The position numbers and the translations under genes are program-made. 64,000 bases of DNA from NCBI GenBank assembly GCA_964591445.1, contig CAZQAW010000002.1, forward strand, positions 67,394-131,393. Direction: 5' to 3'. This DNA is from an uncultured Candidatus Saccharibacteria bacterium (lineage in GTDB: Bacteria; Patescibacteriota; Minisyncoccia; Phycocordibacterales; UBA9973). The notes beneath the pieces were generated by a model, which had not been told where the DNA came from, made no database searches, and saw only the letters and a program-made list of their open reading frames with translations. Below are positions 17,845-26,007 of this stretch, piece by piece (position 1 is the stretch's first letter; each line of letters opens with the position of its first letter).

Positions 17845-17883
17845 GCAGCAAAAAATCCTTATTTTATAAGGATTTTTTGCTGC
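17845..17883. other. perfect 17-bp stem / 5-nt loop hairpin (GCAGCAAAAAATCCTTA-TTTTA-TAAGGATTTTTTGCTGC)
   Basis: Exact inverted repeat in the 350-bp non-coding region between tRNA-Gly and yraN; the T-runs lie inside the stem, so it is not a classical intrinsic terminator. Confidence 0.6.
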
Positions 17884-17927
17884 TTATCCTATAAATCTTG
17901 TCTTTTTTGGCTTTTAACATACTTATA

Positions 17928-18016
17928 TGTTTCACGTGAAACAGTTTCATATGAAACACCACATAAAATCTCGATTTTTGGCATCTTTAGAAAAAATTCA
18001 TGTTTCATATGAAACA
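17928..18016. promoter_or_regulatory. three palindromic operator-like sites TGTTTCAYRTGAAACA upstream of yraN
   Basis: 17928..17943 TGTTTCACGTGAAACA (perfect 16-bp palindrome), 17944..17957 GTTTCATATGAAAC (abutting), 18001..18016 TGTTTCATATGAAACA (perfect; 9 bp before the ATG at 18025). Confidence 0.55.
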
Positions 18017-18024
18017 ATAGCCTT

Positions 18025-18480
18025 ATGCCAAAGGTTTTTACTTCAAAAAGCCAAAAAATAGGGGAGTTGGGTGAAGAAATTGCCTGTAAATATCTTATTT
18101 CTAAAGGATTTAGAGTTTTGGAACGCAATTATACAAAGAAGTGGGGAGAAATAGACATAATTGCAGAACGTGATAGGAAAATCTACTTTATAGAGGTAAA
18201 AGCGGTTTCATGTGTAACATTGCCGGAGGTTTCTCAGTCAGACAATACCTCACCCCGGGCCTCTGGCCGACACTCTCCTACCTTAGGAGAGGGAAGAAGC
18301 CTTTTCCGTCCAGAAGAAAACATGCATCCAATGAAAGTCCGCAAGTTCTTAAGGACAATTCAAACGTACTTGATCCAAAGGAAAATAGAAGGGGAGTGGC
18401 AAGCAGATCTGTATTGCGTGTATATCCAGCTTGAAAGCCGCAAGGCAAGGGTGACGAAAATAGAAAACATTATTGGTTGA
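18025..18480 (+). CDS. yraN: YraN/UPF0102 family endonuclease-like protein carrying an in-frame repeat-derived insertion
   Basis: KYLISKGFRVLERNYTKKWGEIDIIAERDRKIYFIEVKA ... DLYCVYIQL matches the YraN core; about 30 extra residues (SQSDNTSPRASGRHSPTLGEGRSLF) are encoded by a family-A repeat fragment. Confidence 0.7.
   Translation: MPKVFTSKSQKIGELGEEIACKYLISKGFRVLERNYTKKWGEIDIIAERDRKIYFIEVKAVSCVTLPEVSQSDNTSPRASGRHSPTLGEGRSLFRPEENMHPMKVRKFLRTIQTYLIQRKIEGEWQADLYCVYIQLESRKARVTKIENIIG
18224..18302. repeat. family-A palindromic element, partial copy inside the yraN reading frame
   Basis: CAATACCTCACCCCG...CCGACACTCTCCTACCTTAGGAGAGGGAAG shares the ACCTCACCCCG and CTCTCCTACnTTAGGAGAGGG blocks with 11207..11318. 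Confidence 0.6.
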
Positions 18481-18564
18481 CAAAAATATATTTTTGTATA
18501 TAATTTTCTTAAATAATCCAACAAGTAACAAACAAAACAATTAAACTATTTAAACTTTGACACA

Positions 18565-19134
18565 ATGAAACCATCATTATTAGTAATTAACAAAGACCCA
18601 AGAACTGAGCAAAATGTTAATTTGGCTGCTCAAGTGAACCAAAACTTTTTTCGTGACAGAAAAGAGTTTGCAAAACTCTATACTCTGTTTATGCAAACAG
18701 ACAAGAAAAAATGGCTCGATTTATTTTTTCTCAAAGCAAAGATGATACATTTTGCTTGTGGCAAGCATCATGAGAGTATACTTCGTGCATTGCCCACAGT
18801 AAAAATTCCGGAAATGACTCCGGAGGAACGCTTCAATACTTTTTTTGACTATTACCACGAACACCACAAAGATCTGTTTGTTCGTAATGCGATTGTAAAA
18901 ATAATATGCGAAGATCCGGATATTTCTACAGGCCTACGGGTTTCGCTTATTGGTATTCATTATGGTTTTGCTGAGAAAAAGCTCACTTTTGGAGACTATA
19001 TGAAACGTCTCCGTGAAGGAGATTTGAGTCCTAAAACAATCAGTCAAGCTTTTGATCATGCCCATCGTATTACTGAGTGGGAGCAACTAACTACTTTTTT
19101 GACTGCAAAGAACATTATATATATGCATAATTAG
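18565..19134 (+). CDS. hypothetical protein
   Basis: 189-aa ORF, His-rich central region (HHESILRALP...YYHEHHKD), followed by a terminator. Confidence 0.5.
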   Translation: MKPSLLVINKDPRTEQNVNLAAQVNQNFFRDRKEFAKLYTLFMQTDKKKWLDLFFLKAKMIHFACGKHHESILRALPTVKIPEMTPEERFNTFFDYYHEHHKDLFVRNAIVKIICEDPDISTGLRVSLIGIHYGFAEKKLTFGDYMKRLREGDLSPKTISQAFDHAHRITEWEQLTTFLTAKNIIYMHN

Positions 19135-19158
19135 CACTTTAGCTCCATCATTTTGCAA

Positions 19159-19186
19159 AGAACCCCAAATCAGGGGTTCTTTTTTA
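19159..19186 (+). terminator. rho-independent terminator
   Basis: AGAACCCCAAATCAGGGGTTCT then TTTTTT. Confidence 0.6.
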
Positions 19187-19234
19187 TTGTAAAAAACGAA
19201 AAATATGCTAAGATAGGGGAGTTATATGGGCTTT

Positions 19235-19306
19235 CGGGGTGTAGTATATCGGTAGTATACATGTTTTGGGAACATGAGGGCAGGGTTCGATTCCCTGCAC
19301 CCCGAC
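19235..19306 (+). tRNA. tRNA-Pro (anticodon GGG)
   Basis: Acceptor CGGGGTG/CACCCCG, anticodon stem ATGTT/AACAT with loop TTGGGAA, T-arm CAGGGTTCGATTCCCTG. Confidence 0.75.
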
Positions 19307-19333
19307 ACGGTTTCTGGTAGAATGATTGAAAAT

Positions 19334-19403
19334 GCGGGATTAGTTTAGTGGTAGAACTACAGTTTTCCAAACTGTTGGCAAGAGTTCGATTCTCTTATCC
19401 CGC
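19334..19403 (+). tRNA. tRNA-Gly (anticodon TCC)
   Basis: Acceptor GCGGGAT/ATCCCGC, anticodon stem ACAGT/ACTGT with loop TTTCCAA, T-arm AGAGTTCGATTCTCT. Confidence 0.8.
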
Positions 19404-19415
19404 ACAGACAAACAA

Positions 19416-19445
19416 AAATCCCTCAGCCTAGGCTGAGGGATTTTT
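19416..19445. terminator. bidirectional terminator (tRNA cluster / hup)
   Basis: AAATCCCTCAGCCTAGGCTGAGGGATTT flanked by A/T runs. Confidence 0.6.
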
Positions 19446-19458
19446 GTAAGTGGTGATG

Positions 19459-19731
19459 CTATTTGACTGCATCTTTCAAAGCCTTTGCGGCTCGGAATTT
19501 TGGAACTGTTGTAGCGGCAACTTTTACTTGCTCGCCAGTTTTTGGGTTGCGGGCCATGCGCGCAGCACGAGCCTTCACAGAAAAGATTCCAAGTCCTGCG
19601 ATAGAAACTTCTCCTCCTTTCTTGAGAGTGCCGACGATAGCGTCGATCATTCCGCTTACGATTTCTTCGGCTTGTACTTTTGTACCGCCAAGTTTACCGT
19701 GAACCCATTCGATTAAGTCTTGTTTGTTCAT
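19459..19731 (-). CDS. hup: HU family DNA-binding protein
   Basis: 90 aa, [15 protein letters not shown]...[26 protein letters not shown]-like arm motif. The real start is 28 codons inside the ORF-track call. Confidence 0.85.
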   Translation of the reverse strand: [90 protein letters not shown]

Positions 19732-19961
19732 AATGTAATTTTTTTTATCAATTTCCAATAAAAAACACATTCGACCCAAGGCTTCCGGCCTTTCCAAAAG
19801 CCTTAAAAAACCCATATATCTATTATACCCCCAAGCAAATTGAGCGCAATAGCCGTCAAAATTGATCAGATTTTGACAAAATAAAGTAATTATTTTCTAT
19901 TATTAGCTAGAAAAGATGGTTTTAGTCACAAAGTTTTCATTCGACATGTTATACTTCATAT

Positions 19962-20720
19962 ATGAACAACAACAATTCATTTTTCAATAAGCCTTATGTT
20001 GCCGCGGCTTTTGTGCTCGGCCTCGCTTTCGTTGTGGCTTTTATTATCGGTGGCTCTGCGGTGAAGTCGCTTCGAGCAGGGGAGCAGTCTATTAATGTGA
20101 CTGGCTCTGCAAAAGAACGAGTGGAATCTGACGTTGCAAAAATCGGTGGATCTTTTGAGCGCAAAGTTGCTCGAGAAGCTTTGGCAACTGGTTACAAACA
20201 GATCAACGCTGACAAAGACACTTCAGTAAAAATATTAAAAGATTTAGGGGTGAAAGATGAAGAATTGACAGTAAACCCAGTTTCTTCGTATGAAACTTTT
20301 GATTACGACCAAAATGGTAACCGTGTTCAAGGTTCAGGCATGATGGTGCTTAACCAGTCGTTCTCTGTTTCATCGAGCGATATTGCAAAAGTAAAAACGA
20401 TTTCCGAGAAAGCGAACTTGTTTGCTGATAAAGGAATTTTCGTCCAGATGCAATCTCCGCAATTTCTTTATTCTCAGGAAAAGTTGGCAGGACTCCGTGT
20501 TTCACTTCTTGGCAAGGCTATTGAAGACGCAAAAGCTCGAGCAGATGTGATAGCTAAAGGTTCTGGAACGAGTGTTACGAAGCTTGTTGGCGCGTCATCT
20601 GGAGTTGTACAGCTTCTTTCTCCTGACTCTGTGAATGTCGAAGACTATGGTTCGTATGATACATCTACAGTTTCCAAAGATGTGATGGTGACGGTGAAGG
20701 CTCAGTTTCGGTTGAGATAG
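19962..20720 (+). CDS. SIMPL (DUF541) domain membrane-anchored protein
   Basis: N-terminal TM helix; the two-lobe pattern and C-terminal VMVTVKAQFRL are typical of SIMPL/YggE-like proteins (family assignment tentative). Confidence 0.5.
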   Translation: MNNNNSFFNKPYVAAAFVLGLAFVVAFIIGGSAVKSLRAGEQSINVTGSAKERVESDVAKIGGSFERKVAREALATGYKQINADKDTSVKILKDLGVKDEELTVNPVSSYETFDYDQNGNRVQGSGMMVLNQSFSVSSSDIAKVKTISEKANLFADKGIFVQMQSPQFLYSQEKLAGLRVSLLGKAIEDAKARADVIAKGSGTSVTKLVGASSGVVQLLSPDSVNVEDYGSYDTSTVSKDVMVTVKAQFRLR

Positions 20721-20778
20721 AAGGGGAAATAGACTAAAAGAACTGAAACAGCCGCGCAGGCTACGCCTGCGCGGCATT

Positions 20779-21165
20779 TTGGTTGACTTCTTCTTATTAA
20801 TAGTGTATTTTGTATACAAATCACAAATAAATAATCTTATGAATACAACCACTATTTTGATTAAAAGCGAAGAAATTGTATTTTCTAATTATATAAGAGA
20901 TATAGAATTTATTCACCCAGGACGGCCAAGAACTGTCCTAGCAACTGAAGATAAAATCATCGTTCTCTTTTTTGAAGTAGAAAATTCAAAGTTAGATAAC
21001 GTAAGTGATTGTAGGACTTTCTATGCTCATGCACTTTCAAAGCTACTTAAACCTACTGCCGAGCCTTGTGTTAAATATGAATCAAAAACATACGCAGGCA
21101 TTAGTTTTCCAAAGCCGGAACATTTTTCTTCTTTTGATGTATATTTTAAGACTTTATTTAAGTAG
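20779..21165 (+). CDS. hypothetical protein
   Basis: 128-aa ORF, no motif; alternative start at MNTTTIL (20839). Confidence 0.35.
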   Translation: MVDFFLLIVYFVYKSQINNLMNTTTILIKSEEIVFSNYIRDIEFIHPGRPRTVLATEDKIIVLFFEVENSKLDNVSDCRTFYAHALSKLLKPTAEPCVKYESKTYAGISFPKPEHFSSFDVYFKTLFK

Positions 21166-21186
21166 GAGCTATCAATTAAAAACCAA

Positions 21187-21224
21187 AAGGCCGATCTCAA
21201 TTGAGATTGGCCTTCATTTTTTTT
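21187..21224. terminator. bidirectional terminator
   Basis: AAGGCCGATCTCAA/TTGAGATTGGCCTT stem (1 mismatch) then T-run; overlaps the rny stop. Confidence 0.5.
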
Positions 21225-22749
21225 ATCTTGCGTATTCGATGACTCGTGTTTCTCGTATCATGGTTACTTTGATTTCTCCCGGATACTTGAGTTCTTGCTC
21301 GATCTTGAGCGCTATTTCTCGTGCCATATTTTTTGCTTCAACGTCAGACACTTTGTCTGGAGTAACGAAGATGCGGATTTCGCGGCCGGCAGAAAGTGCA
21401 TATGATTTCTCGACACCTTCGAAACCATTTACGAGCGCTTCCAAATCTGCCAAGCGTTTCAAATAGTTTTCGACAGAGTCTCGGCGTGCGCCTGGGCGTC
21501 CACCAGAAATGTAGTCGGCTGTTTGGACGATCACTGCTTCGATAGTTTCATGCGGGCAGTCGTCGTGGTGAGATTTCATCGCAACGATTATGCGTTCATC
21601 TGCGCCAAATTTCTGAAGGATGCGGATACCGATGTCGATGTGTGTTCCTTGCACTTCATGGTCAAGCGCTTTTCCGATGTCGTGTACAAGCGCGCCAGCT
21701 TTTGCAACGTAGACATCTGCTCCCAATTCTTCGGCAATCATGCCGGCAATGTGCGTCATTTCAATAGAGTGTTGAAGCACATTTTGTCCATAACTTGTGC
21801 GGAAGTAGAGTCGTCCGAGAATTGCGATCAAACGCGGATCGAAGTTGAAGATGCCACATTCGTATACCGCTTGTTCGCCTTTTGTTTTGATAATCTTATT
21901 AATTTCTTCTTTTGCTTTTTCAACGATTTCTTCAATCTTTGCTGGCTGGATGCGTCCGTCCAAAATCAAATTTTCGAGCGCAACGCGGGCGATCTGTCTT
22001 CGTACTGGGTCAAACGATGAAATGATGATCACTCCTGGTGTGTCGTCAACAATAAGTTCAACTCCGGCTGCTTTTTCAAATGCGCGAATATTTCGGCCTT
22101 CTTTTCCGATGATTTTTCCTTTGATATCGTCTGAAGGAATTGCAACGTTGGTCGTCATCATTTCGCTGGCAGTGCTTGATGCAAGTCGCTGGATCGATGT
22201 CGCAAGGATTTCTTTTGCGCGATTTTCCAACTTCTCTTCGTTGGTATTTTCAAGCTTTTGCATGCGCACCAAGAAATCTTCTTCGTATTTTTTCTCGATA
22301 CTTACGTTCAAAAGTTCGCGTGCGTCATTTTCAGAAAGTCGTGCAACTTTCTCGAGCTCTTTCATTTTTTCTTCTTCCATCACGCCCACTTTCTCGCGAG
22401 CTTTTTTCACTTCTTCTACTTTGAGTTTGATGTTCTCAACTTCTTTGTCGATTTCAACTTGGCGAGCGTCCAAGAGTTCTTCTTTTTTGATCAATCGTTC
22501 TTCTGTTTTCTTGAACTCATGCTCTTTCTGCTTTTCTTCTTCTTTCAATTCTTCTGCACGCTCGTCGGCCTTTTTCTTGGCTTCGTCGCGGATGCGTTCT
22601 GCTTCTTCGCGTGCGCCCACCATCATCTGCTTGATCTCAAGCTCCATGCTTCCGCGCTTTCCCTGAGAAATGATGATGCGGAGGTAGTAGCCAAGTCCAA
22701 GCCCGAGAGCGATGCCCGCGAACAAAAGTACTATGGTAATAAAGCTCAT
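21223..22749 (-). CDS. rny: ribonuclease Y
   Basis: N-terminal TM helix, long Glu/Lys coiled coil, KH domain (IGKEGRNIRAFEKAAGVELIVDD), HD domain (LVHDIGKALDHEVQGTHIDIG). Confidence 0.9.
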   Translation of the reverse strand: MSFITIVLLFAGIALGLGLGYYLRIIISQGKRGSMELEIKQMMVGAREEAERIRDEAKKKADERAEELKEEEKQKEHEFKKTEERLIKKEELLDARQVEIDKEVENIKLKVEEVKKAREKVGVMEEEKMKELEKVARLSENDARELLNVSIEKKYEEDFLVRMQKLENTNEEKLENRAKEILATSIQRLASSTASEMMTTNVAIPSDDIKGKIIGKEGRNIRAFEKAAGVELIVDDTPGVIIISSFDPVRRQIARVALENLILDGRIQPAKIEEIVEKAKEEINKIIKTKGEQAVYECGIFNFDPRLIAILGRLYFRTSYGQNVLQHSIEMTHIAGMIAEELGADVYVAKAGALVHDIGKALDHEVQGTHIDIGIRILQKFGADERIIVAMKSHHDDCPHETIEAVIVQTADYISGGRPGARRDSVENYLKRLADLEALVNGFEGVEKSYALSAGREIRIFVTPDKVSDVEAKNMAREIALKIEQELKYPGEIKVTMIRETRVIEYAR

Positions 22750-23019
22750 ATGCTATTGTCTGCCAAAAGAAAAATCCGCCTCGTGAGACGTCTAAAAAGC
22801 ACTGAAGGAGAAAGGAAATAAAGCGAGAGTTGTCATGCGGGAAGTCATATCGAGAAAATAGGCGTTTGCGGGAAGGAAATTCTTTCGGTCAAACCAAACT
22901 AAAATAATAAAATTCGATACTTGTATAGTACCAAACTGAACTTATCTTGTCGAATGGTCTATATTGACTTTTTTATATTAATATTATATAATATAATTAA
23001 ATTTGAAAAATCATACATA

Positions 23020-23250
23020 ATGAAAAAAGAAGAAAAGTACAAAGCTATTTTAGCCTTTGGTATCATAGTTATTGCGACTATATGTTCTGCAATTATGGCA
23101 CCTATCGGTGCTAAAAATTTCCCTTATGTCTCTTATTCGCAGGATCTCCAAATAGTGGCATATTTCCTTGTTACCGGTTCTCTGGTAGGTTTCTGGCTCT
23201 ATTTTGGGAAAAAGTATTTCCAGAAAAAACTGGAAGAAAAGAGAGTTTAA
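23020..23250 (+). CDS. small membrane protein (2 TM)
   Basis: 76 aa from MKKEEKY; two hydrophobic helices; terminator immediately downstream. Confidence 0.4.
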   Translation: MKKEEKYKAILAFGIIVIATICSAIMAPIGAKNFPYVSYSQDLQIVAYFLVTGSLVGFWLYFGKKYFQKKLEEKRV

Positions 23251-23272
23251 AAAACAAAGTTGTACATATGTG

Positions 23273-23305
23273 AAATCCCACAGATTACTCTGTGGGATTT
23301 TTTTT
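23273..23305 (+). terminator. rho-independent terminator
   Basis: AAATCCCACAGATTACTCTGTGGGATTT then TTTTTT. Confidence 0.6.
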
Positions 23306-23351
23306 ATTGCACGTTATTTCTTATTTATATGGATTTTTGTAAAATAGACAT

Positions 23352-23876
23352 ATGAAAAATGTCGCAAAAAGTTTGACGTATGTTCCAAATGAAAGAGTAA
23401 TAAATAAAATATTTTTACTTCGTGGCAAGAAAGTAATGTTGGATCGTGATTTAGCAGAGCTTTACGGAGTGGAAACTCGAGTTCTCAATCAGGCAGTAAA
23501 AAGAAACTATGAGCGTTTTCCGAACGATTTTATGTTTCAACTTACGAGTACTGAAATAAAAAACTTGAAGTCACAAATTGTGATATCAAGTTGGGGTGGC
23601 ACAAGAAAACCATCTATGGTTTTTACCGAACAAGGTGTTGCGATGCTTTCAAGTGTTCTCAAAAGCAAACGTGCGATAGAAGTTAATATTCAAATTATTC
23701 GTACGTTTACAAAGTTGCGCGAACTCTTGGCGAGTCATACCAAGCTTCGCGCTAAGCTTGAAAATATGGAAAAGAAATATGATACGAAACTCAAACAAGT
23801 ATTTGATATTTTAAAGCAGCTGCTTATGCAAGAGACCAAAAAACCAAAAGGTCAAATTGGTTTCCGTGTTAAATAA
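23352..23876 (+). CDS. ORF6N (KilA-N-like) domain protein
   Basis: VMLDRDLAELYGVETRVLNQAVKRNYERFPNDFMFQLT matches the ORF6N/KilA-N DNA-binding family usually found on phage/mobile DNA. Confidence 0.65.
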   Translation: MKNVAKSLTYVPNERVINKIFLLRGKKVMLDRDLAELYGVETRVLNQAVKRNYERFPNDFMFQLTSTEIKNLKSQIVISSWGGTRKPSMVFTEQGVAMLSSVLKSKRAIEVNIQIIRTFTKLRELLASHTKLRAKLENMEKKYDTKLKQVFDILKQLLMQETKKPKGQIGFRVK

Positions 23877-23903
23877 AAATCTCGCCTAAGGGCGAGATTT
23901 TTG
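23877..23903. terminator. bidirectional terminator (ORF6N gene / clpP)
   Basis: AAATCTCGCCTAAGGGCGAGATTT. Confidence 0.55.
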
Positions 23904-23905
23904 TG

Positions 23906-24490
23906 CTATTTCTTCTTATTTCCGATGATTTCGTCTATCAATCCGTATTTCTTTGCTTCTTCGGCGCTCATGTAGTAGTCGCGGTCGGAGTCTTTTTCTA
24001 CTTGTTCAAATGTCTTGCCGGTGTTTTTTGCGAGTAGCTTATTTAATTTCTCTTTTGTCTTCAAGATATGTTTTGCAACGATCTCGATATCAGACGCTTG
24101 CCCTTCTGCGCCGCCCATCACTTGGTGGATCATAACTTCGGCGTTTGGGAGAGCGAAACGCTTGCCTTTTGTGCCAGAAGAAAGAAGTACTGCTCCGGCT
24201 GAAGCTGCAAGTCCGACGCAGATAGTCTGCACGTCTGGCTTGACGTGGTTCATCGTGTCAAAGATTGCCATTGCTGCGGTGACAGATCCGCCCGGAGAGT
24301 TGATGTAAAGCATAATGTCTTTCTTTGGGTCTTCATGTTCAAGGTGAAGAAGCTGCGCGATGACGATATTTGCAATGTTGTCATCGATTGGGCCGCCCAA
24401 GAATATGATGCGTTCGTTCAAAAGGCGAGAGTAGATGTCGTACGCTCGCTCGCCAAACTGAGATTTTTCTATAACTGTTGGGATTAACAT
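23906..24490 (-). CDS. clpP: ATP-dependent Clp protease proteolytic subunit
   Basis: [21 protein letters not shown]...[16 protein letters not shown]...[11 protein letters not shown]...MIHQ (Ser-His-Asp triad context). Confidence 0.9.
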   Translation of the reverse strand: MLIPTVIEKSQFGERAYDIYSRLLNERIIFLGGPIDDNIANIVIAQLLHLEHEDPKKDIMLYINSPGGSVTAAMAIFDTMNHVKPDVQTICVGLAASAGAVLLSSGTKGKRFALPNAEVMIHQVMGGAEGQASDIEIVAKHILKTKEKLNKLLAKNTGKTFEQVEKDSDRDYYMSAEEAKKYGLIDEIIGNKKK

Positions 24491-24567
24491 AAAAAGCTTT
24501 AAAATTAAGGTTTATAAGTGGTTTAGAGCTACAGTATAGCACAGATTTAACCTAATGTCTGTGGTTA

Positions 24568-24596
24568 TTGACATACTAGCTTATTTGTGATACAAT
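24568..24596 (+). promoter_or_regulatory. sigma70-type promoter (TTGACA-17 bp-TACAAT) for the 24621 lipoprotein gene
   Basis: TTGACA at 24568..24573, 17-nt spacer, TACAAT at 24591..24596, about 25 bp upstream of the ATG. Confidence 0.45.
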
Positions 24597-24620
24597 ATAG
24601 GTAAGAAAAACTCAAAAAAT

Positions 24621-24869
24621 ATGCGCAGAAAAATAGTTATTGTATTAGGAATGGCAGCATTGTGTTTATCACTTAATAGCTGCGATGTTTACCATTCAGC
24701 CAGTTTGACAACTACCAGTTATGTTGTTGACACGCCCGTGCTTCTGGTTCCTCAGGGAGCGCAATACAACAATGGAGGATATACAAATCCTAACAACAGT
24801 AGTGGAGGTTGTATAAATCCTAACGGTTCCGATTTTGGACCAAGACGCCCGTCTGGTTCCAATAGATAA
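24621..24869 (+). CDS. small putative lipoprotein
   Basis: MRRKIVIVLGMAALCLSLNSC lipobox-like signal; Asn/Gly/Pro-rich mature part. Confidence 0.45.
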   Translation: MRRKIVIVLGMAALCLSLNSCDVYHSASLTTTSYVVDTPVLLVPQGAQYNNGGYTNPNNSSGGCINPNGSDFGPRRPSGSNR

Positions 24870-24922
24870 AAAAGTAAACATGTTACAACAAAAATGCCCC
24901 GCACTGAAGCAGGGTATTTTTT

Positions 24923-25978
24923 TTATTTCTGATCTTCCAAGAATTTGAAGACGAGCTCGTTGGTCATGATGCTTTCGATGTAGACTCTTGCGCGGATCGG
25001 GTCTGCGCCTTTGTAATGTTCTACGAGGTGGCCGACTTGCGTCTCAACTTCTTTTTCGTCCGGCTTCAAGTTTTCTTTGACGCTTATTGCATGAAGAATG
25101 AGCTCGAGCTTTGCGCGCTTTTCTGCATCCGGAGCGATTTCTTTTTTGATATCGTCTTCGGTTTTGTTCAAGTGTTTCAAATAATCTTCGTATTTCATGC
25201 CCGCTTGCTCGATGTCAGTTTTCACTTTATAGATCGTCTTGTCGATTTCAGAATTGATGATGACTTGCGGAACGTCTATTTCAGAAGTTTTCACGAGTTC
25301 TTCGACAAGCTGCGCTCGAGATTTGCTTTGCGCTTGCTGAGCTTTTTCAAGCGCGATGTTTTCTTTCATTTTTGCTTTGAATTCCTCGACAGTTTTGAAC
25401 GGTCCAAAACCTTGCACGTATTCATCATTGAGTTCTGGCAAGTCTTCGTCTTTGAGTGCGTCATGCGGAGCGTGTTCGCCTGGTTTATCATTCTTATGAA
25501 ATTCGTTGTGCTGTCGCATGCGGCGAACTTCGAGTATTGCGTCTTCAACTTCTTTATCTGTCACTTCGCTTGCGATTTCTTTTTTATTTTCTTTCGCAGC
25601 TTTTTTATAATCGCCAAGTTTCACTTCCGGCATCACCGCTGTGGTGATTTTGAAACCAAGTGGGTTGTCTTGCGCAAGTTTGGTGATCATGATTTCCGGT
25701 CGGCCAATCGCGTCAATTTTATTTTCTTCAAGAATTTTTGGGTACGCTTCGCTCATTGCAAGTTCGGCCATTTCTTCAAGAATTGCAGAAGGCTGGACTT
25801 TGCTTTCAAGCACGCTTGTTGGTACTTTGCCTTTGCGGAAGCCGTCGAGCTCTACGTCTTTGCCGATAATTTCAAGCGCTTTTGCACGGTAAGAAGAGAA
25901 TTGCTCAGCGGCAATTTCTCCGGAAATTTCTATTTGGCTTTTGGCTAATTTCTTTATGTCGATATTCATAGTAGCCAT
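24923..25978 (-). CDS. tig: trigger factor lacking the PPIase domain
   Basis: The N-domain signature LDGFRKGKVP and the C-domain block DLPELNDEYVQGFG align with E. coli TF on both sides; the roughly 100-aa FKBP insert is absent (351 aa vs 432). Confidence 0.8.
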   Translation of the reverse strand: MATMNIDIKKLAKSQIEISGEIAAEQFSSYRAKALEIIGKDVELDGFRKGKVPTSVLESKVQPSAILEEMAELAMSEAYPKILEENKIDAIGRPEIMITKLAQDNPLGFKITTAVMPEVKLGDYKKAAKENKKEIASEVTDKEVEDAILEVRRMRQHNEFHKNDKPGEHAPHDALKDEDLPELNDEYVQGFGPFKTVEEFKAKMKENIALEKAQQAQSKSRAQLVEELVKTSEIDVPQVIINSEIDKTIYKVKTDIEQAGMKYEDYLKHLNKTEDDIKKEIAPDAEKRAKLELILHAISVKENLKPDEKEVETQVGHLVEHYKGADPIRARVYIESIMTNELVFKFLEDQK

Positions 25979-26007
25979 ACTTTAGCAGAAAGTTCGTGTT
26001 TTGGCGA

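Noticed and set aside
17889-18128. 79-aa minus-strand ORF overlapping the palindromic operator array and the yraN start
   Set aside because: It is composed largely of the palindromic sites read in reverse and overlaps the better-supported yraN gene; no homology.
21523-22821. Several long + strand ORFs (21523..22020, 21845..22666, 22258..22821) inside rny
   Set aside because: They are antisense to RNase Y and consist of low-complexity Ser/Phe-rich translation typical of reading a Glu/Lys-rich coiled-coil gene backwards.
25016-25948. 310-aa + strand ORF inside tig
   Set aside because: Antisense artefact of the acidic/basic-rich trigger factor gene (Phe-rich translation).
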